Shown here: one piece after another, positions 26,829 through 33,869 of the stretch
Numbering within the stretch: position 1 is the stretch's first letter
Layout: each line of letters opens with the position of its first letter
Virus record (IMG/VR): IMGVR_UViG_3300033109_000110
Span: 1-38,356 of that record
Length of the DNA: 38,356 nt
Reading direction: 5' to 3' (one strand)
Source of the DNA: a virus
Lineage: Duplodnaviria; Caudoviricetes
The notes under the pieces: generated by a model
The model's database searches: none
Seen by the model: the letters and a program-made list of their open reading frames with translations, nothing else
Told to the model about the DNA's origin: nothing
Translations under genes and position numbers: made by a program

Positions 26829-27125
26829 TCAGCGCCAAGAAGACATGCATCCAGCCAGCGCGTTCCAGCCAGGCTCAGCAGGGTTGAAGTCAGCGGGCGC
26901 GGCCGGCGCATATTCCGCCACCGGCCGGTTGCGATACGTCACCGAACGGTGGCGCACGATGGTCAACTGCCCAGACCGGCACATGTTCTTGACCGTGTGC
27001 GTGGCAGACGTGACGCCCACCCCGGCCTTCATAGCCATCTCACGCAGCGTGGGTCCTCGGTCAGGCGTCACCAGCTCGCACGCCGTGCTCAGGAGCGCCT
27101 GGCGAACATCCCCCACCGGCCTCAT
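26829..27125 (-). CDS. Hypothetical winged-HTH protein
   Basis: PTLREMAMKAGVG..ATHTVKNMCRSG HTH-like; RPVAEY; ATGA-coupled to upstream gene. Confidence 0.7.
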   Translation of the reverse strand: MRPVGDVRQALLSTACELVTPDRGPTLREMAMKAGVGVTSATHTVKNMCRSGQLTIVRHRSVTYRNRPVAEYAPAAPADFNPAEPGWNALAGCMSSWR

Positions 27126-27598
27126 GCCCGGCCTCCGCACCCAGGCGCCGCGCTCGCCTGCCGGCAGTAGATGCTGAAGGCCAGGGCCAGCAACTCCTCC
27201 ACCGACTTGTGGATGTGCTGGCCCACGGACGAGAGGTCCTGGCGCTCACCGCCATCGATCTCGCCGTTCTTGATCGACTCCTTGAACTTGGCCGAGAGCT
27301 CGCCCAACTCGGCATACAGCTCGTTGAACTTGGCCAGCAGCTCCTCGTTGTCGTGCTCGGTGTGGTCGGGCATCTTCACGAACGTGCCCCCTGACAGCGT
27401 GGACACCGCCTCGGCGAAGTGCGTGGCGCCGGAGAACTGCTGCATCTGCAGCGCCGTCTCCACCAGCACCGCCTGCCCCTTGCGCTCGTAGATCCGGTTC
27501 TCCAGGGCCATGCGGCTCATGCCCAGTGCACCGGCCATGGCATCCCAGCCGCCCGGGAACGCCTTGATCATTGATAGGTAGGATTTTTTTATCTCCAC
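27122..27598 (-). CDS. CII-like/YmfL-family phage regulatory protein
   Basis: MIKAFPGGWDAMAGALGMS..LENRIYE motif and GEIDGGER C-terminus; downstream of cro. Confidence 0.82.
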   Translation of the reverse strand: MEIKKSYLSMIKAFPGGWDAMAGALGMSRMALENRIYERKGQAVLVETALQMQQFSGATHFAEAVSTLSGGTFVKMPDHTEHDNEELLAKFNELYAELGELSAKFKESIKNGEIDGGERQDLSSVGQHIHKSVEELLALAFSIYCRQASAAPGCGGRA

Positions 27599-27848
27599 AA
27601 CTCGACCTTTCTTTTTGTGGTTTCGCTATCGCCAGGCCGCACCTAGAGTGCAACCATGGCCCCGAGAAAATCCATCCACCACACCGCCAGCCAACAGGCG
27701 CGCACCTTCCCGCGCGCGCCGGACTTCAGGGAGGAGAAAGCCACGCCAGGCCGAGCGGACTTTTGCGTGGTGGACGGGAAAATGGCGAGCGCCTCGCCTG
27801 GCTACACTGGCGGCTCTCACCCCAACCAGCACACCCAAGGAGGCGCCC

Positions 27849-28115
27849 ATGACACAACAAGAACTCGACGCGATTGGCGGTTTGTTTGCGGGAATGCAGC
27901 TCTGCATCGTGCATCTCTCCAACGTCATCGCCGACCGAACGGAATTGAGCCGCGAAGTGCTCGCCACATCGTTCGAGGAAACTGCGGCCAACGCCCCAGA
28001 GGGAACGAAAAACCGCGAGTTGATTCAGATGGCCGCACGCCAGGTTGCAGCCGGTATTCGGGACTCATCTGCCGGTCCGGATTGGTCGGAACTGATGTCT
28101 CGCCTGAAGCCCTGA
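27849..28115 (+). CDS. Hypothetical protein (88 aa), antisense to cro operon
   Basis: AAGGAGG RBS, -10-like TACACT near 27803, protein-like helical sequence MTQQELDAIGGLFAG... Confidence 0.7.
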   Translation: MTQQELDAIGGLFAGMQLCIVHLSNVIADRTELSREVLATSFEETAANAPEGTKNRELIQMAARQVAAGIRDSSAGPDWSELMSRLKP

Positions 28116-28229
28116 TGACACGCGCCAGTTCTGACTGGCACTCGGCATACCACTGTGGCTTGAGCCTGGTGCAGGCAATCTCACGCATTGGCCGCCTCGT
28201 ACACTTGCTCAAACTTCAGGGAGTCAGAC

Positions 28230-28472
28230 ATGCAGATCACCCTCCTGCTGCGACACGAAACGTCCAAGGGTCCGGTTTTCATCGGGCAGACGCCCGACGG
28301 TCGATTCCACGTCGTGTACGACGACGAATCCTTGGGCAGCTACCAAAGCCCAGTGGCGGCAATCGACGACGCGGCCGGCGGTCATACGTTTTCGCCCTCC
28401 AACGGTGTGGACTTGGGCGAGCTGGGGCTGAGCGACTCCATCGAAGACTGGACACGATTGCCAGCGCGATAG
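28230..28472 (+). CDS. Hypothetical protein (80 aa), antisense to cro operon
   Basis: AGGGAG RBS, -10-like TACACT near 28200; GRFHVVYDDESLGSY..A.DD.AGGHTF..LG..DW looks like a folded domain. Confidence 0.7.
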   Translation: MQITLLLRHETSKGPVFIGQTPDGRFHVVYDDESLGSYQSPVAAIDDAAGGHTFSPSNGVDLGELGLSDSIEDWTRLPAR

Positions 28473-28639
28473 GCCTGATCAGCCGCGATCAGTGCGTCCA
28501 GATCGGCACGGGTAAGCGCCAGGCGCATCACCTGCCCATTGGGCATATCGAAGGCCAGGCCCACGCGGTCCCTGCCGGGGCAGTGCGGAGTTACCGCACG
28601 CAGGGCAGCGTCGAAATAGCTGGGTGGAAGGTGTCTCAT
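28382..28639 (-). CDS. Hypothetical protein following cro
   Basis: ATG adjacent to cro stop with GAGGAGG RBS; 3' end overlaps the convergent + strand gene. Confidence 0.6.
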   Translation of the reverse strand: MRHLPPSYFDAALRAVTPHCPGRDRVGLAFDMPNGQVMRLALTRADLDALIAADQAYRAGNRVQSSMESLSPSSPKSTPLEGENV

Positions 28640-28861
28640 CTATGCAGCCTCCTCGCTGGCAAGTGGATTGCCGTAAATGTCCTGGTAGCCGATCTCCAGG
28701 CCGCGACTGGCGGCATAGGCGATGAGGCGCTTGGCCACCTCCGGCGGGACTGTCTGACCGTGCTCATAGAACGCGACGTTTCCCTGAGTGCGGCCGAGCG
28801 CCAGAGCCAGATCTTTCTGGCTCACGCCTAGTCGGTCTCGAATCGCTTTGACATGGTTCAT
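28640..28861 (-). CDS. cro: Cro-like XRE HTH repressor
   Basis: 73 aa, IRDRLGVSQKDLALALGRTQGNVAFYEHG HTH; divergent from cI-like gene. Confidence 0.88.
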   Translation of the reverse strand: MNHVKAIRDRLGVSQKDLALALGRTQGNVAFYEHGQTVPPEVAKRLIAYAASRGLEIGYQDIYGNPLASEEAA

Positions 28862-28945
28862 GGACTCAATAATTAGTCTGACTTAATTTATTTTAGTTCA
28901 GTCCGACTAATTGATGCAAGTGAGTCCTCGGAATATCTTCGGTAT
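28862..28945. promoter_or_regulatory. OR-like switch region: two operators and a PRM-like promoter
   Basis: ATTAGTCTGACTT (28872-28884) and inverted ATTAGTCGGACTG (28899-28911); TTGATG-17-TATCTT (28911-28939) ends 6 nt before the cI ATG. Confidence 0.72.
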
Positions 28946-29839
28946 ATGCCCTCTCGCCCCCTAAGCCACGAGCAAAAACTTGAGTGCGCCCGAATGCGCG
29001 AACTCTACGCAGAGTGGGAGTCAAGCCAAGAAGCCAAAACAGGCACGCGTCCCAGGCAAGAGATGGTCGCAGCTACTCATTTCGGATTAAGTCAGAGCGC
29101 CCTCTCCCAGCGTCTCACCGGAAAGCTTGCGATCAACCGGGACTTCGCCGCCAAAATGGCGGCTCTTATTGGGCGGCCGGTATCCGACTTCAGCCCACGC
29201 CTCGCCTCGGAGATCGAAGAGCTATCTAAGACGGTTCGTCAAAGCCAGCCAGCGCTGGTCATCACTGCGCCCGAAGCACAGCCGGAATACCGTCTAAGAA
29301 CGCGGCCCGCCCTTGAGCGCGCCCTTTACACAGCCCTGCAAAACGCCGCCGGCCCCGAGATCACGCTAAAGAAAGAGTACCCGGTCCCCTTTCCGCAATC
29401 TCACACCTTGGAGCGCGACCTAGTCTCAGGCACACGCGTCGATTTCGCGCTGCTGAACAAACACGACCAGGCTGTGGTTTACGTGGAGTGCAAGACATTC
29501 GATGCGAGCATGTCCCCCTCTTACAAGCCCTCGTTTCTGGCCGGACAGATGTGGATGCTGCGCCACGACAGCGAAGGCCACCCCATTCAGGACATTCCGC
29601 CCGTCTTCATGATCTGCATGCTGGAAAACCCCAGCGTTGGCACTGAACTCAACCGAGAAGAAAGGCGCTTGCAGGCCACCATGCGCCAACTTTGCGGCGG
29701 CGGGCTCCTGGACGGCTACACCGCCCTGCGGGTAATCGATACGCCCGATGGGCAGACACAACTGCACGATCTGCCGGGCGCCGGGGAGACCATGGGTCAT
29801 TTGCTATCAGCAGTGGCGCGTGCAGCTACGGGCGCATAA
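28946..29839 (+). CDS. CI-like repressor HTH fused to a PD-(D/E)XK nuclease-like C-terminal domain
   Basis: Lambda-CI-like N-domain (RPLSHEQ, QEMVA..GLSQSALSQRLTGKLAIN, VSDFSPRLA); C-terminal RVDFAL...VYVECK; no S24 peptidase motifs. Confidence 0.78.
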   Translation: MPSRPLSHEQKLECARMRELYAEWESSQEAKTGTRPRQEMVAATHFGLSQSALSQRLTGKLAINRDFAAKMAALIGRPVSDFSPRLASEIEELSKTVRQSQPALVITAPEAQPEYRLRTRPALERALYTALQNAAGPEITLKKEYPVPFPQSHTLERDLVSGTRVDFALLNKHDQAVVYVECKTFDASMSPSYKPSFLAGQMWMLRHDSEGHPIQDIPPVFMICMLENPSVGTELNREERRLQATMRQLCGGGLLDGYTALRVIDTPDGQTQLHDLPGAGETMGHLLSAVARAATGA

Positions 29840-29872
29840 GCCCGGAAAAAGGGGGTTTTTCACCCTCCCCGC

Positions 29873-29902
29873 TTGAAAAGTTAACCTATGAGTTAATATA
29901 TT
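29873..29902 (+). promoter_or_regulatory. TAC operon promoter with palindromic operator
   Basis: TTGAAA at 29873, inverted repeat TTAAC-CTATGA-GTTAA (29881-29896), AT-rich -10 candidates TAATAT/TATATT. Confidence 0.6.
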
Positions 29903-30314
29903 GAAAGTCAAATCGCTTTTTGCCGATGAATACAGGGTGGTTGCCGTGATGGACGGGGACGACTGCCCTGCGGAAGACTTCATGCTGGAAGGCGAGGAGA
30001 CCACGCGGGCCGCCCGTGCGGGATTGCTTGAAATTTTGAACTACGTCGCAGCCAACGGGCTGCACAAATGCCCTAGCGGCTGGTATCACGAGGCCAACAA
30101 GAAGGATGGAATTTATGAATTCATCAAACACCCGCTGCGCCTCTTTTTCTTCAAAGGCGAAGGCAAGGACATAGCCGTTTGCACCACAGGCATTCGCAAG
30201 CAAGGCCAAAAAGCCGACAAGTCATCCGTCAAAAAGGCCGCCACGTGGCGCAAAGCCTATTTCGAAGCAATCAACAGCGCAAACCTTGAGGTCATAGAAG
30301 ATGAAGATCAGTAA
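29901..30314 (+). CDS. higB: RelE/HigB (Gp49-like) toxin of a TAC system (TTG start uncertain)
   Basis: DGIYEFIKHPLRLFFF..IAVCTTGIRKQGQK matches the RelE-superfamily C-terminal pattern; precedes HTH antitoxin. Confidence 0.75.
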   Translation: MKVKSLFADEYRVVAVMDGDDCPAEDFMLEGEETTRAARAGLLEILNYVAANGLHKCPSGWYHEANKKDGIYEFIKHPLRLFFFKGEGKDIAVCTTGIRKQGQKADKSSVKKAATWRKAYFEAINSANLEVIEDEDQ

Positions 30315-30726
30315 GAAACTCCAAGCCTTCTTGGAAGAAGCAAAAAAGCAAGACTCTTACTGGGTGGAAAAAGCCAAGCTCGACTTCGCCCTTGCGCTGG
30401 AGCACCGCCTGCGCGAAGAAGAGCTCAGCTACGCAGACCTGGCCAAGAAAGTCGAGACTAGCGCCCCCTACATCACCAAGGTACTGCGCGGTGACAGCAA
30501 TCTGACCATCGAGTCCATGGTCAAGTTCGCGCGCGCGGCAGGCGGCAATCTGGACATCCGAATCCAAGACCGCAAAGCCAGCACCGCCGGGCAATGGGAT
30601 ATCACCAAATTCCAACGTCGGCCGCGCCTGCATCTGATCGTCTCCAACACCGTGACGACCATGAATCCCGTCTCACCGGCTGCAAACCACCATGCCTATC
30701 AGACTTCCGCGGAGGCGGCGGCATGA
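30301..30726 (+). CDS. higA: HigA-like XRE antitoxin with C-terminal chaperone-addiction-like tail
   Basis: LSYADLAKKVETSAPYITKVLRGDSNLTIESMVKFARA HTH, plus about 50 aa extension ending AANHHAYQTSAEAAA. Confidence 0.78.
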   Translation: MKISKKLQAFLEEAKKQDSYWVEKAKLDFALALEHRLREEELSYADLAKKVETSAPYITKVLRGDSNLTIESMVKFARAAGGNLDIRIQDRKASTAGQWDITKFQRRPRLHLIVSNTVTTMNPVSPAANHHAYQTSAEAAA

Positions 30727-31160
30727 CGAATAGCGAATACCACCACCCGATCGCTCTGCAGGAAACCTTTTTCCTGCGAAGCACGGTTGTTGCCGTCCCC
30801 GAGCATGTGCCGGACCCCGAGGCAAAACCAGCCGTTCCGGAAAACAACATCCATGTCTCAGCTCTGGAAGACCGACCCGGCTTCTACTACGCCAGCATGC
30901 GAACCGTGCTCAACCAGGAGATGGACAAAAACTTGCCATACTTCATCGACATGGAGTGCATGGCACTGCTGTCGGCAGACAATTCGCTCACGCCGGAAGA
31001 AGCCTTAAGGGGTGTCACCATTACGGCGCACAGCGTGCTATATGGGGCCATCCGTGAGGCCGTGGCCTGGACCACTGCGCGCCAGCCATATGGCCCATTC
31101 TTGCTGGGGCTGTCCGTCCTAAGGCCGCAAAAGAAGAACGATCCAACAGATCAGAAGTGA
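30723..31160 (+). CDS. SecB-like chaperone (145 aa)
   Basis: ATGA-coupled to antitoxin with GGAGG RBS; PIALQETFF start and SVLYGAIREAVAWTTARQPYGPFLL resemble the SecB C-terminal helix/PPL motif. Confidence 0.78.
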   Translation: MTNSEYHHPIALQETFFLRSTVVAVPEHVPDPEAKPAVPENNIHVSALEDRPGFYYASMRTVLNQEMDKNLPYFIDMECMALLSADNSLTPEEALRGVTITAHSVLYGAIREAVAWTTARQPYGPFLLGLSVLRPQKKNDPTDQK

Positions 31161-31339
31161 TGCTGAATACCGGCCTGCTTCATGATTTCATTGGCCGTGT
31201 GGCGAGAAGGCATGTTTTTGGAAACAACCTGATTTCTGGCGCCATTGCTCCAGATCTCGTGGGAGCCTTTTCCGTTCCTCAAAAAACGATAGCCGTGCTG
31301 TTCTAGCACGGCTATCACTTGGGAATACCACCCATTCAT
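31151..31339 (-). CDS. hicA: HicA-family toxin
   Basis: 62 aa with GY.FLRNGKGSHEIW and HTANEIMKQAGI motifs. Confidence 0.88.
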   Translation of the reverse strand: MNGWYSQVIAVLEQHGYRFLRNGKGSHEIWSNGARNQVVSKNMPSRHTANEIMKQAGIQHHF

Positions 31340-31614
31340 GCGGCGTAAAGCACGTCGTCCCTGAATGTGAACTTAGGAGTGGCAATCGGGCGGCTGGTCA
31401 TCTGCAGGTCAAGCAACTCCAGAGCAGCCGATCGCACTTCATCACGAAGTTCGTCAAGTGTTGCCCCCGACACAACCAGCCCATCCAACTGCTGGCTACG
31501 AGCCCAATAGCTGTTGCTCTCTTTGTCGTGGAAAACTTCCACCTTAAAGGAAACTGGAACGCCCATGCGAGCAGCCAGCTTCCAACCTGGAAGGCCAACT
31601 CGATAGCGGATCAT
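31336..31614 (-). CDS. hicB: Short HicB-like (DUF1902-type) antitoxin
   Basis: D.ES..YWARS..LDGLVVSGATLDEL partial RNase H fold motif; AAGGAG RBS; ATGA-coupled to hicA. Confidence 0.8.
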   Translation of the reverse strand: MIRYRVGLPGWKLAARMGVPVSFKVEVFHDKESNSYWARSQQLDGLVVSGATLDELRDEVRSAALELLDLQMTSRPIATPKFTFRDDVLYAA

Positions 31615-31854
31615 GATGCAACTCCTTGGCCTCCTCCTAATCCCCGATCACCGGCCACTTGATCAGGGGGCCATGACGACCATGGCGGTTACGTATTGAC
31701 AGATTATCAGCATGAAGGTTCCTCGGCACAAGGAACAACCCTGATAAACGGTCGCAGATCATAGCCTATGTGGTGTGCACACGTCTGCACTCAACTCCAT
31801 CAAACCCAGCCTTGGACGCTCCCGGTGCAAACGCGTGCACATCAAGATCTGATT

Positions 31855-31936
31855 ATTAGTTTTACTGTTGTATTTTTGCGGATTTAATTCGATTTATTAG
31901 TCATACTTGACACAAATAATTAAGTACGACTAATAT
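31855..31936 (+). promoter_or_regulatory. PL/OL-like early promoter with three operator copies
   Basis: TTGACA (31907-31912)-18-TAATAT (31931-31936); operators ATTAGTTTTACT (31855), ATTAGTCATACTT (31896) and inverted ATTAGTCGTACTTA (31921-31934) match the OR motif. Confidence 0.78.
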
Positions 31937-31977
31937 TCGCTTCACGCCATCCAACGAGACATGGCGAGGAGCGAAGA

Positions 31978-32424
31978 GTGCAGACATCCACACACAGGCG
32001 GCGACGCGCAGCGTCAGGGGTCAAGAGTGAAAGCGGACACATGCCCGCAGGGGCGGCAGGTCATCAAAGCCTGCTTGATGCCCAGATCACCGAAAGTGGG
32101 GTCGGGACGGCTTCCGGTCCGAGCCAGATCGACGCTGCCGCAAGCGTCACACCGCCAACCGCTTGGGTTGTCATTCGCAAATCGGTCTACCCGGCTTTTG
32201 TGCTCCTGCGCCTGCGCTTGCGCCTGCTGGGCCTGAAGACGAAGACTGGCGTTCTCTCCCTCCAGCTGAGCAATGCGAGTGCGCAAAAGAGCCAGGTGCT
32301 CGCGGAGCACCGCCGCCGATGCGTGCTCGTTGAGCAGCGCCTCCATCTTGTTGAGCAGCGTCTGAAGCATTACGTCTCCCTCCATCTGTGTGGACGGCGC
32401 CATCGTAACGGAGCTGCGGCATGA
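31978..32424 (+). CDS. Putative first ORF of early operon, enclosing an antisense gene
   Basis: GAGGAG RBS with GTG start; stop overlaps next ATG (ATGA); sequence not protein-family-like. Confidence 0.35.
   Translation: MQTSTHRRRRAASGVKSESGHMPAGAAGHQSLLDAQITESGVGTASGPSQIDAAASVTPPTAWVVIRKSVYPAFVLLRLRLRLLGLKTKTGVLSLQLSNASAQKSQVLAEHRRRCVLVEQRLHLVEQRLKHYVSLHLCGRRHRNGAAA
32014..32370 (-). CDS. Coiled-coil plus Zn-ribbon hypothetical protein (118 aa)
   Basis: GGAGGGAG RBS, -10-like TACGAT upstream; heptad-rich N-half; CDAC...CRPC pairs. Confidence 0.72.
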   Translation of the reverse strand: MLQTLLNKMEALLNEHASAAVLREHLALLRTRIAQLEGENASLRLQAQQAQAQAQEHKSRVDRFANDNPSGWRCDACGSVDLARTGSRPDPTFGDLGIKQALMTCRPCGHVSAFTLDP

Positions 32425-32855
32425 AGCGCTCCACCTACCCGCCCTTCCTGGCCTTCGGCCTGGTGGAAGCCCACAAGCACGACAGCTATCGGCCTGTGGC
32501 CACGCTCAAGGTCAGCCGCTACATCCACTTCCGGTGGGAAGCCTACGACTCTCTGATCCGGCAGGCGAAGTGGGAGCTGGAAGCCCTGGGCTTGAGCCAG
32601 GAGCAGATCGGTGCGCTGTATTTCGATTGCACGGGAATCGAGGAGATCTACGCCGTCGAGCCCAGGGGCGTGCGGCGCGTGGATGGCGAGCGCGTCGAGG
32701 CGTTCCTGGACAGCCACAGCCTTGGCAAGCGCCGTGAAGTGCTGATCCGCCAGCGCCGCCTGGTGCCGGACGAGCTTGACGACATGAAGGCGATCTACGG
32801 CCCAGCCCAGGCAGCGGCCCCGGCGGCAGCGCATGCCGAAGGAGTGCCGGCATGA
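32421..32855 (+). CDS. Hypothetical early protein
   Basis: GGAG RBS, ATGA coupling at both ends, GC3-rich codons. Confidence 0.72.
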   Translation: MKRSTYPPFLAFGLVEAHKHDSYRPVATLKVSRYIHFRWEAYDSLIRQAKWELEALGLSQEQIGALYFDCTGIEEIYAVEPRGVRRVDGERVEAFLDSHSLGKRREVLIRQRRLVPDELDDMKAIYGPAQAAAPAAAHAEGVPA

Positions 32856-33445
32856 AGCGCCTCACATCACCAGTGGTGACGCTTGTCGGTTCGATAAGTA
32901 TCGGTCTCGCCGACAAGCAGGCTCGGATTTTCATTGAGCATGTCCCAGGCGATTTCATTGATGTTGAAGGCAAATCCCTCCAACAAGCTACCCATGTTGC
33001 TGGTCCGGAAGATCACACCGCTCCCGACAAGACCCTGTACGACGCCATCCTCATAGCGCAGCGTGTTGGCGCGCGTCTGCTTCGCAATGTAGTACCGGAG
33101 AATTTGTTTTTCATCTTCGGTGAGTCGACGCAAGCGCTTGGCAAGATTGCGCTTGAACTTCCTCTCGTAAAGGGCTCGACCAATCTTTTTGGCCATCCAC
33201 TGGCCGGCATAAACCAACAACAGCGCCAGACTGAGCAGAAAGCTGAGGCCAATGACTTGGCGATAGTCTTCTGCAAGGTGCGAAATGCCAAGCTTTTGCG
33301 TCCACTCATCCGGGGCGAAGAGCGTGATGCCAAGCACGAGGCTGAGTGCTATCAGGTAGCGTGGAGCGAGCTTGAGAGCCTCAAGGAGATGTTTGGGAAG
33401 TTCAGCGAACATCGAGAGATGGTAGCGGAAGGTTGTGCCGCATGA
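32852..33445 (+). CDS. Putative bridging ORF enclosing antisense sieB
   Basis: Starts at ATGA overlap with AAGGAG RBS and ends at ATGA overlap with next gene; no recognisable family. Confidence 0.35.
   Translation: MKRLTSPVVTLVGSISIGLADKQARIFIEHVPGDFIDVEGKSLQQATHVAGPEDHTAPDKTLYDAILIAQRVGARLLRNVVPENLFFIFGESTQALGKIALELPLVKGSTNLFGHPLAGINQQQRQTEQKAEANDLAIVFCKVRNAKLLRPLIRGEERDAKHEAECYQVAWSELESLKEMFGKFSEHREMVAEGCAA
32867..33412 (-). CDS. sieB: Superinfection exclusion protein B family
   Basis: Two N-terminal TM segments (LFAPD..LGI..YR..IG..FLLS), then L..LTEDEKQILR, V.GLV..GVI and AWD.L motifs; lower GC than flanks. Confidence 0.8.
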   Translation of the reverse strand: MFAELPKHLLEALKLAPRYLIALSLVLGITLFAPDEWTQKLGISHLAEDYRQVIGLSFLLSLALLLVYAGQWMAKKIGRALYERKFKRNLAKRLRRLTEDEKQILRYYIAKQTRANTLRYEDGVVQGLVGSGVIFRTSNMGSLLEGFAFNINEIAWDMLNENPSLLVGETDTYRTDKRHHW

Positions 33446-33591
33446 GGGCCTATCTGATCCGCATCACTCCGGCCCAAGGCGCCAGCTACAGCTACACCGG
33501 CCTCTACGCCCACAGCGTGGACGCCATCACCCACGCCCTGGACGTTGCCCAGGGCCAGCCGGCGCGCATCAGCGCCAAGGTGCTGGCATGA
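33442..33591 (+). CDS. Small hypothetical protein (49 aa, absent from ORF track)
   Basis: Hand translation MRAYLIRITPAQGASYSYTGLYAHSVDAITHALDVAQGQPARISAKVLA; ATGA coupling at both ends. Confidence 0.7.
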   Translation: MRAYLIRITPAQGASYSYTGLYAHSVDAITHALDVAQGQPARISAKVLA

Positions 33592-33869
33592 GCGCGGCCA
33601 CCAAGTGGCTCGGGGCCGCCTTGCTGGTCCTCGTGATCTGCAGTGGCCAGCTGCTCGACCAGTGGGATGCCTGGCGCGCCGCTGCCGCGAAAGCCGAAGC
33701 CGCCCAGCTGGACAACCTCGCCCGCCAAGGCGAGGAAGACTACATCCGCTGGGCACAGGGCGTCTGCGGCCCCGAGACCTGGTGGAAGCAGCGTGCAGAC
33801 GGTGCACGCGTCTGCACCACCAAGCACGGCCGGCCCACCGGCCAGTTGCTGGCAGGAGCCAACCCATGA
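33588..33869 (+). CDS. Hypothetical protein with N-terminal TM/signal
   Basis: MSAATKWLGAALLVLVICSG...; CGP..W...CTTKHG; ATGA-coupled. Confidence 0.7.
   Translation: MSAATKWLGAALLVLVICSGQLLDQWDAWRAAAAKAEAAQLDNLARQGEEDYIRWAQGVCGPETWWKQRADGARVCTTKHGRPTGQLLAGANP

Noticed and set aside
27626-28212. Minus-strand ORFs 27626-27991 and 27925-28212 as real cro-operon genes
   Set aside because: Weak starts and no motifs; could be bridging frames but not supportable from sequence alone
27656-28831. 391 aa + strand ORF spanning the cro-cII interval
   Set aside because: Arg/Pro-rich non-protein-like sequence overlapping better-supported genes; a TAGAGT hexamer 6 nt before its ATG is noted but insufficient
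29841-29870. Terminator between cI-like gene and TAC operon
   Set aside because: Only a weak A/T stem (GAAAAA...TTTTTC); readthrough from cI into TAC remains possible
31640-31672. Hairpin CCCCGATCA...TGATCAGGGG upstream of hicB as an ncRNA
   Set aside because: Single imperfect stem in a probable 5' leader; no further support
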